A DNA stretch of 63,800 bases, filler included, from Craspedostauros australis (Eukaryota): NCBI GenBank assembly GCA_030167865.1. It is 5 parts of 5 records of this genome, joined end to end, with 100 filler letters (N's around TTAATTAATTAA, not from the genome) between each part and the next. Parts side by side here need not be neighbours in the genome. Positions count along the whole stretch, not along the records: positions 29,577 to 48,975 come from JALAGF010004971.1; positions 49,076 to 59,305 come from JALAGF010004973.1; 3 more parts are not named here. The stretch is one strand, 5' to 3'. This document shows positions 45,489 through 57,870 of this stretch, piece after piece. The position numbers and the translations under genes were made by a program. The notes beneath the pieces are model-generated. The model made no database searches and had not been told where the DNA came from. It saw only the letters and a list, made by a program, of their open reading frames with translations. Position 1 is the stretch's first letter. Every line of letters begins with the position of its first letter.

Positions 45489-48400
45489 AGGTCGCATTCA
45501 GCTAGACGGACGACAGCATCGAATGATCTCAGTATCCGAAAGAAATACGCAATTACCGCAACTTTGTTTCTTCTCTTCTTTCCCACAACCACATCGTTTC
45601 GATTGAGAATCCTCTGTCCCAACCACACACACTTTGAAGTCCTCGGCGGGTGCCGGCAATCAAGATGGTGTGGTGGTCTGAGATGTGCAGCGAAGTGCGT
45701 CTGCAATGATACATCGAGACTCTCATGGGACAAGGGCAAGATCAAAATCAAGATCAAAGTCAAGAGCAAAGGAACAGAGAGGAGCACGGACCGGGGTAGG
45801 CCCATGTCATTTTGATTTGGCGAAGGTTCAGCAATACCATGAGCAACGTCGCACACGGTCAACACGCGATGCGAACGTATCCATCCTGCATGCGGAGAGC
45901 AGTCGGTGATTTCTGGTACTTCGGTTCCAACTTGGAGATACACACAGACTTCAATCGCAGTTGAGATCAGTGTGCAATTCAAGGTGATGCGAAACATGAC
46001 ACTCTGCATACCTTACGACTACGCATGCTCCTCTTCAGCCACGGGTTCATTCTGCTTGATACTCTCATCAGTTGGCAATCGCATTCACATGTCGTTTCTG
46101 AGCAAAGACGAGTCAACAGAAACAAGGGATGAAAGAGGGATCCATCACTTGCCGGAATGGCACGAACCAGGCAGCATCACACACAGAATCAAACATGGGC
46201 TGCACTACTTCAACAGACGAGGCCTTGCCCTTTGGCATCGTGTGGAGGCAACACTGGGGGCAACACTGGAGGCAAAATGATTGCTACCACCACTCTTTCC
46301 ACAAAATCAACAAACTCCAATTCGAATCGGAAAGCAACAGCAACAGCAACAGCAACATCACCACCAACAGCAACAGCATTCTCCATCACTCAATCACATA
46401 AGCACAACATGAAAATCAAGATGATCAAGATGATCAACGTCAAGACCATCATCATCACCACTCTCCTTGTCACCTTCATGACAATGGCGGAAGCGCGCCT
46501 CTCTGGAGATACGACCGCAGACACAGTCGATGAGATGCACCTGGCGTTACAAGCTACTCGCACCCTCAAGGCCGCTTTCGGCGCCGGCAACAACAAGGGA
46601 GCCAAAACAAACAAGAACGGCTTCTTGGAACCCTCCATTCCGCCATCACAAATGCCTTCAACTTCCAAGGAGGCTACAGATCTCACTACCACGCCCACAT
46701 GGATTCCAAGCGCCCATCCAACGGTCGATCCCACACGCTCCCCGACCTCCCCTCCCATGGCTGCACCCACTGTGCCGCCAACATCATCTCCGTCATCTCC
46801 CCCAATGGACTTTGATTCCATCATCTCCGTTGTCTGCAAGCCTGACGGCGTCACCATTCTCACACCAGAAGAGACCAAACCCAAGACCATCATCTGCAAC
46901 TCCGCCAAGCCATCATGCCGCAAGGCAGTGACCGCTGTGAGGGAATCCATGGCGCTGCAGAACTTCTTCGGATGTGCAGGGAACTTGGGAGAAGGTGCGG
47001 CGCGCAAGCTCTTCCACAAGTACGCAACCAGCGATATCCTTGCTGAGCAACTCACTCTGGTGGCGACCACCAATACTGTCCTCGTCACTGAGCAACCGGA
47101 TGCGATGAAGGCGGCATGCATGTCCATCGGGATGGCCCTGTCTCCTCCCGCCGCCAATCCATGCTGCCAAGGATCAGCAGGATGCACCTCAATCACCGCT
47201 TCTGCTTCCAACTCCAACTATCCGCCATTCATGACCGTTGCCGTCACTGCGTGTGTCGGTGACAGCGCATGCAAAGACATGGGACCGAACCCTCTCATCC
47301 TNGANGCCTCTTGCACTGGCGTGAGTGCATGCGAATCCATGAATCAGAACGAGATCAATCCTTTCATCACTGGAGTGACATTCGTTGGTGAAGGCGCATG
47401 TACCAACACGCAATCCTGTGAGGGGGTGGGGCATCGATCACACGGTGATGTGACCATCCAGACTGGCGCATGCATCAGCCCCAAAGCATGCTACTCAGCT
47501 GGCCGCCGTGTCAAACAGTCAGCACCATCCTTTCGCTATCGAAGTCACATCGATATTGGCCCGAATGCTTGCGTTGGCAGCAATGCCTGCAAGGATGCCC
47601 ATTCCACTGTGAGTAGTTTTCCTGGTGGCAAGCGTGAAGGAAGCCTGACCATCGGTGATGGTGGCTGTGCTGATGAAGGCTCATGCGAGAAGCTTGGCTT
47701 GAATGACAGGATGAAGACGGATATCATCGTCCCTCCTGGTGGGTGCGGCGGTGATCAGAGCTGTTGGGCATGTATGACGAAGTCGGGGTGCGATCATGAT
47801 GCGGTGTATGTGATCAGTGATGCGGAGGGAGCCTGTCCCAAGGGAGGCAGAGACACAAACTTCCTTCCAACGGGTGACAAGGTGGAGAAGTATTGCGTTG
47901 GTAAGGACATGTTGCCAACAGAGTGTCCTACCTTCTTTCCAACCCCACTTCCCACTGTGTCGTCCAACCCTACGCCCATTCCGACCACCATGCCAACTGA
48001 TCGACCAAGCTCGTCTCCTTCGCGTTCTCAGGCGCCAAGCACCATGCCAAGCACCATGCCAACCACCACGCCTGGACTTGAGGTTGGATGCCTCGAAGGT
48101 CCGGGGAATGTGGCATCGACTTTCAACACGATATCTGATCAGGTCTTCTGCAATGAGAGCGATGGTGCGTGCGCGGATTTCGTTGATGCAGTCGAAGGTC
48201 TACCTGGCAATGGAGATAGAATGATCAAGAGCATCTTTGGTTGCAATGATGATGACACTCCTGGGATAGTGGCAATTGGGGAAGCTCAAGCCCGATTCGA
48301 CAAGATCAAGAACGATCGCGACATGACTGAGCTACTGGTGAAAACTGTGGCAAAAGGCACAAGACTATTCACTGGGAGTGAAGATCCATTGCGGGAGGCT

Positions 48401-48975
48401 TGTGGCACGGATTGTTGCACAGATTCCGGTGATTGCCGCACTTTTCCTCCTGGTGTGATGACAGTCAGTGAGAATTCCTGCGTGGAGGGCGCCCTGTGCG
48501 GTAGGATGGTCCCTGATACCATCATCATCGAGAGTTGCGTCGGCGATGAGGCCTGTGATGATCTGGGCGGATTCAACAGCATCCCACACCCTGATGTCAA
48601 GCTCGGGTACCGGGTGATTGGACCAAAGGCATGCCATGGGTCATTCAGTTGCTGTAGCCTTGGCCGTAACATCTTTGGCAATGTGAGAATTAAGAGTGGG
48701 GCTTGCGATGGTGACGATGCATGCTACTTTCTTGGCAGACGCAACAGTCAGGGTGATACGACATCACCGATCGTGGCAGACATTACAATTGGGGAGAACG
48801 CATGCCATGGAGAATATGCTTGCCAGCGGGCACATGCGAGGACTAATTTTCTGGGAATCAAAATTGAAGGAAGCTTGCTCATTGAACAGGGTGCTTGCGA
48901 TGGCGAAAGCGCATGCGAGGATGTTGCCCACAATGAAACTATCGCCAATGACATTGTCATCAAGGAGAGAGCCTG
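45489..48975 (+). repeat. Right arm of the ~3.5-kb inverted segmental duplication
   Basis: Reverse complement of 29577-33055. Confidence 0.92.
46409..48975 (+). CDS. Large secreted mucin-like Cys-rich repeat protein, copy B (3' truncated)
   Basis: Near-identical to 29577-32131. Starts MKIKMIKMINV (start at 46409 or 46421); open to the gap. Confidence 0.85.
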
Positions 48976-49075
48976 NNNNNNNNNNNNNNNNNNNNNNNNN
49001 NNNNNNNNNNNNNNNNNNNTTAATTAATTAANNNNNNNNNNNNNNNNNNNNNNNNNNNNNNNNNNNNNNNNNNNN
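48976..49075. other. Artificial contig spacer
   Basis: N44-TTAATTAATTAA-N44. Confidence 0.97.
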
Positions 49076-50620
49076 AGCAAACTGATCAGATCATTCGCTC
49101 TGCATACCCCCCAGCTATCCGCTCCATGAAGGTTGGCCTCAGACATCGGCTCTGCATGCAGCAATGCAGCCACACACTGAAACAGAGCGATTTCGAAAAA
49201 TCATTTTCAATCCGGATGCGGTATGGATACGGATCCATACCTCATCCATACGATCCTTGCAGCCCCTCCTTGTGCCCCTCGTGCATTACCACGCTCCATG
49301 GCGACAGGCAGATGCATCCAGAATGGGCTGGGAGTGCATGGCTGACGCGGTACACCTCCATATGATGATGTGGTTGGGCATTTTTTGCTCCCACCAACAA
49401 CGACCATTCTGCAGATATGGTCGGCTGCAGCCTCTTGTACACCGTCTCTGTGGCGCACGCTTCACGACGTGCATCTTCAAATGATGCCGCACGCATCTTG
49501 TATGGGTACCTTGGCGATTGAGGGGCGTCTTCCCATCGCCCCTCACCGCCAAAGCCACGCGACTGGTGCCAGGCGAGCCCCAACCAAAACTCCCAAAAAC
49601 CACCTTTCTCTCCGCGCGGAGACCTTCCCGGTGCTCTGCGAGCCTCGAACTTCGAGGGGGCCTTCTTCTTGCCCTTCCTGAGGCGTCTTGCCCATCTGTA
49701 GGCGCTGATATGACCTGTGTGTGGCGTACACAGGCCAAAACCAACGAGCCGATTTGGAGCCAAATTGTGGCCGTATTTCTGGGGCCTACGACGGCCCCAA
49801 ATCAACCCCTCTTCCCGCCTCCGTTCGTCCACCCACCAAACGCTGCGTGGAGATGACGGCGATGTGCTTGGATCTTGAATTGGCCGGCTGGTTGGTGCGG
49901 CGCCAAGCATACCGTTCGACGGCCATTGTGGTATTTTTGTTGGTGTTGCGCCATTGTCATGTTGGTGTGTCGAGTTTGCCACTCTCAACTGGCCTCACAT
50001 GTTGGGGGATGCGGGGGTTTACCTCCAATTGTAGTAACTCTCCGAAAGGAGCACAACACAAAACACTTGAGGAGTACCAACCCCACTCAACCACTTCGCC
50101 ACGACGAAGCAGACCTGATGATGTTGCGCATCGTGATATCATTGGTGTTTCGTGACGACGTATCTAGTTGGGTGACGTCGATGACGGATCGGCCGAGCAC
50201 ATGGTTGAATGCATGTAAACGCGCATGCACCGCTTCTCCCAAAACTCCACAACTAGTGCTATCGTGGATGGACTGTTGGGTGGTCCCATCCGAACACCTG
50301 AAAAAGAGACTAAACAATTCAAAATCAGAACAATGTCGCTGAAACAAAGAACAGCAAAGGGTTAAATTGGATCGATGTAGTCGGTTGTCAAAGGCTGAAA
50401 CCCGAAAGAGATCGAAAATTGCGCATATCCATCGGTCCATAAAACTTAAAATAGGATCTAACTCAAAAATCCATCGGTTAATTATTTGTATTAGACCTAC
50501 AAGGATTNCAAATATGTGGTTGGTTAGTATGTAGGAGAGAAAATTTCTGGAGGCCAATAACGGAGTGCAGGTCGACTCACTCGGGGGGCTCCTATGAGTT
50601 ATTATAGAAAGCTGGTAACA
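49076..50620. repeat. Gene-free contig-end region, possibly repeat/transposon-derived
   Basis: No credible ORF; AT-rich subterminal-like stretch at 50340-50550; ends in GGGGGGCTCC...GGTAACA, resembling an element terminus; abuts an assembly break. Confidence 0.25.
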
Positions 50621-50680
50621 GTGCTGCACTGCACCACACACACCTAACCTTTCTCGCCTTCTGTCTCTCTCTCTCTCTTT

Positions 50681-52584
50681 CTAGAACTCAGCGTTACCAG
50701 GGTATCTCGGAAATGCAATGGCTTCACGGATGTTCTCGATCCCGCACACGTAAGTCACCAGCCGCTCAAAGCCAAGACCGTACCCGGCGTGCGGCACGGA
50801 TCCGTAACGCCGCAGATCCAGGTACCACCAGTAATCCTCGGGTTCCAAATCGCCCTTCTTCATCTTGTCGAGCAGCACATCAAGTCGCTCTTCGCGCTGG
50901 CTGCCGCCAACCAGCTCGCCGACGCCGGGAACGAGCAGGTCCATGGCGTTGACCGTCTCGCCGCCATCCTCGTCATTGTCGCGCATGTAGAATGCCTTGA
51001 TCTGCTTGGGGTAGTTGTAGACGAACACGGCGCTGTCGAATTTCTCCTCGGCCAGCCATCGCTCGTGCTCCGTTGCCAGATCCGTGCCGAACTCGACGTC
51101 GGGGAACTGCCACTTGGATGGATCCTTCGCAATCTCCTCCTGCAAGAACGCAATGGCGTCGCGGTACGACACGCGCACGAAGGGCTGATCGACGAGCTTG
51201 GACAGACGGGCCGTCAATTTCTTGTCGTAGAACTTCTGGAAGAACTGCAGGTCCTCGCCGCAGTTGTCCAGCACGTGCTGCACGACGTGTTTCAGCATGC
51301 CCTCGGCATTGTCCATGGCGGAATCGAGGTCGGCAAAGGCCATCTCAGGTTCCACCATGTGGAATTCGGCGAGATGCCGCGTCGTCTGCGAGTTTTCGGC
51401 GCGGAAGGTGGGACCGAACGTGTAGATGTCGCCCAAGGCGCACGCGTGCGTTTCGCCGCCGAGCTGGCCGCTGACGGTGAGGTAGGCTGGTTTGCCAAAG
51501 AAGTCCTCGGCGTAGTCGGCCTGATCCGTCGCGTCGCCGTCCTCCGTCTTGACCTTGGGGATGGTCGACACGTTGTCGAGGTCCAACGTCGTGACGCGGA
51601 ACATCTCACCGGCGCCCTCGCAGTCGCTGGCCGTGATGAGCGGGGTCTGCACGTAGACGAAGCCGGACGTCTGGAAGAAGGAATGGATGGCACCGGCCAG
51701 GTTGGATCGAACGCGCGCGACGGCTGCGACAGTGTTCGTTCGCGGTCGCAGATGGGCGAGGGTGCGCAAGTATTCGAGGGAATGGCGTTTCTTTGCCAAT
51801 GGGTAGGTGTCACCAGGACATTCGCCGACGAGCTTCATGCTGGTGGCGGCAACCTCGACGGCCTGCTTGCCACCCTGCGACTTCACCAATGGTCCCTCCA
51901 CCACCACGGAGCATCCGGTTGTCAGCTTTCCAATTTCTGTGGAGTTATAAAGTGTAGAGTGTGCAGTGTCGAGTATCATATGCGACGAATCGCACAGATA
52001 GTATCACAGACGTATTCACCGTGCATCATTTGTTCCGGTTTGGTTTGTTTTCAAAATGCACGAGTATATAGTTGCGCGAGTCAAAGTGAGATAGAGGAGA
52101 GCAGAGCAGAGTGCAGCAGGTCTCCCTATCAATCGACAAGATCAGCAGCAACCAATGCACACAGTATTGAAGCGCACTTTCCGTTGCGACCACCTCAAAT
52201 CGCATTACGAGTGCAAGTCGTTGACTACCATTCACAGAACAACTCACCATCCTTGGTCGCCGCATCGATGGTATCGAAGGACAGCACGCATTGAATTCCG
52301 GACAGACTGGACCCATCATTGACCTCCACAAAGGCCAGCGTCTTCTGCTTGCGCACCGTGCGCACCCAACCCTTGACGAGGACGGGACCTTCCGAGGGTT
52401 CCTTGGCTTCCGACGTCTTGACGCGTGGGATGATCGCCGTCGCTGTGCTCATGGACATGGCGGCACCGCGACGCTGCTGTGAGGCAACCATGCGACTGCT
52501 GAAGGCAGCCACGCCGCTGCGGCGAGCACAGCTCCACATGGCGGCAGTTTGCAAGAGCAACGTGACTTGGCGGCTGAATTTCAT
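50681..52584 (-). CDS. asnS: Asparagine--tRNA ligase, organellar/bacterial type (2 exons, 530 aa)
   Basis: Exon1 52584-52248 (presequence; [16 protein letters not shown]), intron 52247-51937, exon2 51936-50681 ([50 protein letters not shown]). Confidence 0.95.
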
Positions 52585-53842
52585 TTGGATGTGGGTGACT
52601 TGGTTGTGTCGATGTTAGTGATGCAATACAATTTGATGCTGTAGAGTATTGTGGTAGGCGAGAATGGAAAGTTAGTCGGAGGCTCGTTCAAACACTCTCG
52701 ATTTCAACCTGGATTCAACGTTGGATTCCGTTCGTGTGGAGCACGTATTGGAGTCTGAGTGCGTGTTTGGGATCTTCTGAGTGATGAGACTCGTGCTTGG
52801 ACAGCGCGCTCTTGTTCTTCTTCGTCTTCGATGTGCTGATGGTTAGGGGTATTGGCACGGATACGAGCACAATCACAAGCAATGACACGAGTATTCTTGT
52901 GCCTTCAAACACAAACACGATGGATCCTCTCTCTCTCTCGTGCTCCGTCATTCATCGGCGTCTCTCCCTTTCTCTCTCTCTCTCTGTTGCGCCATTGTCG
53001 TTGGGACTCTCTTCGCTTGATGGCTCTTCTCTGTGTTGTTTCCGTGATGGTGGCATGATGTGGATGATGGCGTTGGTCGTGCGTCAGGGATCTTTTTGTT
53101 GGTGGATTGATTGGTCCATGTGGTCGATCCATCTACGATCAATGCGACCACAGAAACACAGAAAATCCGGGCTTCCGATTTCTCCTTTCGCTCACATTTT
53201 GAGAACTCTGTTGGGGCGAACACGAACTACCGTGTCGGTGACTGAGGAACCAACATGCCCTTGTGTGTGTGTGGGAGGGGGTTGCCATCGTCGGAGTTCC
53301 TCATGTATCCGTGTGCTCTCTCCGCGACGATGAGGCGACCAACTGCACACGGCGAGGCAACACGAAGGCGAACCGAAGCCACCCGCGCTGCTGCATCGCA
53401 AAGACAATTGGGGAGGCGAAACACTGAGAAAGAGAGAAGGCCGCACAAGAGAGAGATAGACGAGGACATCAAACACACCTCTTGACGACGCGGCCAGAGA
53501 CGCGGACACGGATACGACCACAACCACAGTCACAGAGCCACAGCCACAACCACAAAAACGGCTCACAATCAACATCAGCATCAGCACCAACAGCATCAGT
53601 GTTGCCGCCACCATCATCACAAACGCAATCCCAAATCAACATCGACATTGACATCACGAACACGGTCAATCAACTCCAGAAATCAATCTCTCGCACGCTG
53701 CGATTGCACCAATCCCATAAATCTCAACAGACACATTCTTACACACCCCTACCTCGCTACGATAACGAAACAAACGAAGCCACTCTGCACGCTCTGCTAC
53801 ACTACACCGCACACAAGACCATAGATCACAACACCATCCATC

Positions 53843-54750
53843 ATGCACGTCGGAGCTTTCATGGTACCCGCACAAAAGGTGGTGACATGCCGCCCCAGCG
53901 ATTCCGTACAAGACGTCCTCGACAAGATGGTCACGCGACACGTCGGGGCCATCGTGGTCTTCACGGAAGGAACGAGCCGCATTCCCATCGGCCTCATCAC
54001 GAAGACCGACCTTCTCATGGCCTACTCCACGAGAATCCCGCTGTACTGCAAGGCCGAGGAGATCATGACGCGAGACCTGGACAGCGTCCATGAGACCATG
54101 TCGCGCGATCAGGCTGCGCGTGTGCTGATCAGAAACCGTGCGCATCACGCTATCGTCGTCGACAAGGACGACAACTTCAAGGGCATCATCAGCACCATGG
54201 ACATTGCGATCGAGTGCGCGAAGGACGATCAAGCATGGCGTAAGTGGGAACTGACGCAACAAGTCGGCGATCAACTGCGCAATGACGTTGCAAGGATTCC
54301 GTGCAGAACTCTCTCTTTTCGGAACTGTGCGACCATCTATCCAGCAATGCACATGAACCGTTTCGCACGTCGCTGCATTTCACCACGTCGGTACTCGTGT
54401 AGAGTACGCGAATGTGTGTGTTTCTCTTTTCGCACTGTCGCGATCACAACTGCCCGATGCAGGGCACGATGAGTATGGTCCATTCACGATTACTGACCCT
54501 GCGCGATGCCTTCTGCTCTTCTCTGCCTCATCCCTGTTTTCATTGCCGCGAACGTCACCTACAAACAGCATGGAACCGTTCCGCAGATGGCAAATTCCAC
54601 AAACCCACGGAAGACACGACGGACCACACCATAGAAGACAGTTCGAGCGACACCGTGGCTTCGGACGGCGATCAAGAGCGATCGCCACGCAGTGCGGATC
54701 CCATCAACCCTTTCCAAAGCTTCTTTAACAACCTCGCTTTCTTGACCTAA
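53843..54750 (+). CDS. CBS-domain pair protein (2 exons, 192 aa)
   Basis: Exon1 53843-54239 (VGAFM...VVTC, HVGAIVV, IGLITKTDL, AEEIMTR, GIISTMDI), intron 54240-54568 (GTAAGT...CAG), exon2 54569-54750 in frame (AW|PWNRS...). Confidence 0.85.
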
Positions 54751-55388
54751 GTATCAGCCTTCACGAACGCACGCATTCTGCCTCGGAGCAGCGGCGCGCT
54801 CGATAACAGATCCAGTGTACTCGTATGGCACCAATTACGTATATCTGATATGCGTAAAGTGAGGTTGGTCGCAGAGCACTTGCTCAGCATACAGTACACA
54901 CGAAGAAGAAGAAAATCTTGTGCTCCAGCTTGCCTTGTGCCTTTCATGCAACACTGGAGAGGGCATGCGTGATCTCGATGCAGGTTGCAATCAGCGACGA
55001 TACGCCAACAACAACACACACAAGAACTTCTATACTCTACCATACCCCCACGGTCCCATGAAGAACTTCACGGAGCTTCCCCCAACAAACTCAATCCTCC
55101 ACCATTCTACTCTAATAAACGATGCTGTACAAATTTTACACCATAATGTTGGAGAGTACTCTGCAGAATGTCGTTTTGAGAAACCTCGCAACAATATTGC
55201 AACAGCTGAGGAGCATTGAATGATGTTATACTATCCATCCACCCGTCAACCCATCAATGACATGCTCCGCAGACGTCAGTCAGATCGTCCAATAGGTACG
55301 AGTACAACGAGTTGTGCAGAAAGAAACACAACAGTTATGGCACCCTGCGAAGACTCGCACTCGCACTTGCACTCGCACTTGTACCACT

Positions 55389-57218
55389 TTACTGAAAGAA
55401 ACGTCGCAAGGCAGCTGGAGCATTCGCCGCCTCTTCGTTGTCAGCCGATGCGTCCTGTTCACCATCCTTCTGCGCGGCACCGGCTTGATTCGCCTCCTTC
55501 TCCTTCTCCCTGGCTTCCCGCAGCTTGACGGTCTGCGAATCGATGACGTTCTGCTGCTTGCGCCGCAGCTGTGTCTGAATCTTGCTGCGACCGCGCTTCT
55601 TTTTCTTTTCCTTCTTGGGCTTGAGCTTCGCGTTGGCCGCTGCCTGGATGTCCTGCAACCGCTCCTGCCGCCGCATGGGATCGCTGACCTCGACGCCACC
55701 GATCTCTTCCGGATTGAGCGTGATCATGTTGTGATCCAGCTTGTCGAGCAAGGCCCGCACCTCGGCTTCGCGACGCTGCTTCGTATCTTGGTTCGGATTC
55801 AAGTTGTACTCCGTCGAATCGAGGTTGGGCTCACCGGATCCCGGTATGACCATGGAGCCGATGCCCTTGTTGTGTCCGACGCCGCAAACATCCTCGAAGG
55901 GCCGGAATCGCAACGTCTCGATGGGCCCGCACGTGGGCATGCTGTGGTGCATGTAGGGATCTCGCTCCTTGATCTTGAGCGCCGATGGCTTCCAGAATGT
56001 GGCGTGCACGCCGTGGCCCACGCCCAGGACGTTGCGCTGCGAGATGTCGAGGGAGCTGGGGATGCCCGGCATGGTGAGGTAGGAATGGGTCTCCTTGTAC
56101 ATGCGCAGATCCCAGATCTTGAGCTGCCGGTCGACGCCGCCCGTGACCATGTAGGTTCCCGACTTGTCGATCGCCATGCTCTTGATGGGCGATCCCTTGT
56201 GACACAGCATCTTGACGAGGTACTCCGACGAGGCCGGCGACCACAGTGTGACGACACCGTTCGAATGTCCCAGATGCATGATGGCGTTGGACGGGTTCTG
56301 TCGCATCACGTTGCAGGCGCCCAGCTTGGTGCGGTGCTTCGAAACGATCTGACCCGTCGACGTGTCCTGGTACTTGAGGTACCCGGCACGCCCGACGCTG
56401 GCCAGCAGCCAATGGTACGGCAGGAAATCCACGCAAAATGGATCGTTGTGATCCTCGAGCTTGTGCACTTCGGCGCCGGAATCGTCGTAAATGTAGACGT
56501 GGTTCGCTTGTGCAGCAGCGAACATGGTGCTGTTGTGCAGGAAGCAGGCATCGCGCACGCGCTCCTGCACGTGGAATTCGGTCGTCAAGGAGAGATGGTG
56601 GCAATCCATCAAGGCGAGGTGACCGCGCTGCCCGTACAAGATGGCCGACCGACCCGAGCGATCGTACTTGAATCCGTACGGCGAATAGTCCGTCAGCTGC
56701 AGATCGAAGATGTGGCGGCTGGTCTGCTCATCGAGATGCTCGCGCTTCAGCGTTGCCTGCGACAGGTTCGTCGTGCGCTCCATGTCCTCCTCGGTCTCCA
56801 CCAACCCCGCCGTCTGCGTGTTGAGCACGACCTCGGCATCCGCCGCTGCGACGGCGGCCTGGTACCGCTTCGTCTTGTAGACGTTCATCTTGGCCTTGAC
56901 GGCCTTGCTCTTGCTCTTCATCCGCTTCTGCATGGACCGTTTCTGGTAGTCGTTGAGCCGCGACATGTCCGGCTTCTGATCATCGTTGCGCATCTGCTTC
57001 ATGCGCTCCTTGCGGTTGGAGCTGACCTGATACTTGGCGATGCGAGACTTGTCCTCCTTGGATCGCGGGGCCTCCTTCAGCTGGGCCAGAAGACGCGTTG
57101 CGTCCTTGCCCGTGGCTCCACGCGAGACATCCTGCGTGCGGTTGTCGTCTATCACATCATCACCATCATCGCCATCATCACCATCGTCGGTATTGTTCCT
57201 TCGTCTATCGCGTGCCAT
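55389..57218 (-). CDS. WDR46: U3 snoRNP/SSU processome WD40 protein WDR46/Utp7
   Basis: FLPYHWLL, LKYQDTSTG, MRQNPSNA, GHSNGVVTLWSP, FRPFEDVCGVGH, IPGSGEPNLDS, QRREAEVRALLDKL (BING4CT). Confidence 0.95.
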   Translation of the reverse strand: MARDRRRNNTDDGDDGDDGDDVIDDNRTQDVSRGATGKDATRLLAQLKEAPRSKEDKSRIAKYQVSSNRKERMKQMRNDDQKPDMSRLNDYQKRSMQKRMKSKSKAVKAKMNVYKTKRYQAAVAAADAEVVLNTQTAGLVETEEDMERTTNLSQATLKREHLDEQTSRHIFDLQLTDYSPYGFKYDRSGRSAILYGQRGHLALMDCHHLSLTTEFHVQERVRDACFLHNSTMFAAAQANHVYIYDDSGAEVHKLEDHNDPFCVDFLPYHWLLASVGRAGYLKYQDTSTGQIVSKHRTKLGACNVMRQNPSNAIMHLGHSNGVVTLWSPASSEYLVKMLCHKGSPIKSMAIDKSGTYMVTGGVDRQLKIWDLRMYKETHSYLTMPGIPSSLDISQRNVLGVGHGVHATFWKPSALKIKERDPYMHHSMPTCGPIETLRFRPFEDVCGVGHNKGIGSMVIPGSGEPNLDSTEYNLNPNQDTKQRREAEVRALLDKLDHNMITLNPEEIGGVEVSDPMRRQERLQDIQAAANAKLKPKKEKKKKRGRSKIQTQLRRKQQNVIDSQTVKLREAREKEKEANQAGAAQKDGEQDASADNEEAANAPAALRRFFQ

Positions 57219-57457
57219 CGTTGTTATCGTCTCTGTGGCGGGGGATGGACTGTACAATAGTATAGAGTGGTATGGCACTATGCGACTATGTCAAGTGATG
57301 GAATGGCCAAGGCTCTGCACCCCACTATTCTCTTCTCTGCGGGTGGTTGGTGGAGGGGAGGATCCGCTCACTTCTTCGCTGTTGAGAATGAGGCTTGTGA
57401 GTTTCGATCAAGTTGATGGAAGTTGGTTGGACGTCCGCACTCGCAGAATGTCATGCC

Positions 57458-57483
57458 ACGTCATAATACGTCACATCACGTCA
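57458..57483 (-). promoter_or_regulatory. Three TGACGT bZIP-type boxes at exact 10-bp spacing
   Basis: ACGTCA at 57458, 57468 and 57478, about 240 bp upstream of the WDR46 start. Function is inferred. Confidence 0.35.
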
Positions 57484-57870
57484 TCACGTTGGACATTGGT
57501 TTCGGTTCGAGCGTGTGACACGACTTGGTTGAACGATGCGATAAATGTAGCTTGGAGATATCACTCGGGACTTGTCAAGAGTACACGTGATTCGAAGCAT
57601 CATGTTTGTCGAACGGGCGTTTGTGACTGGAAAGGGTTCCGCTTCTTCTCTGTCCGCTTCATCCTGTCTCACGATGGACCCATCCACCGCAGGTAGTGTA
57701 CGTATGTGTACCATCGTTGTGCGGTCTCCTCTTCTCTTCCATCCTATGCGCTGCGTGCCACGTGCTGTGTCGATGATCAGCGATTCCAAATGATGCCTCT
57801 TCTCCCACAATCCGACCAACAACCGAATCGAAATGAATCGAATTGGATTGGGTTGAATCACGCCCCCCTC

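Noticed and set aside
52715..53840. ORFs of 100-200 aa upstream of the CBS gene
   Set aside because: Derived from CT/CA microsatellite-rich leader sequence; no domain signal.
7519..57218. Functional cluster of RNA/ribosome-biogenesis genes (AFG2-like, RRP40, DUS, WDR46)
   Set aside because: Dispersed, interleaved with unrelated genes and on different contigs; consistent with chance.
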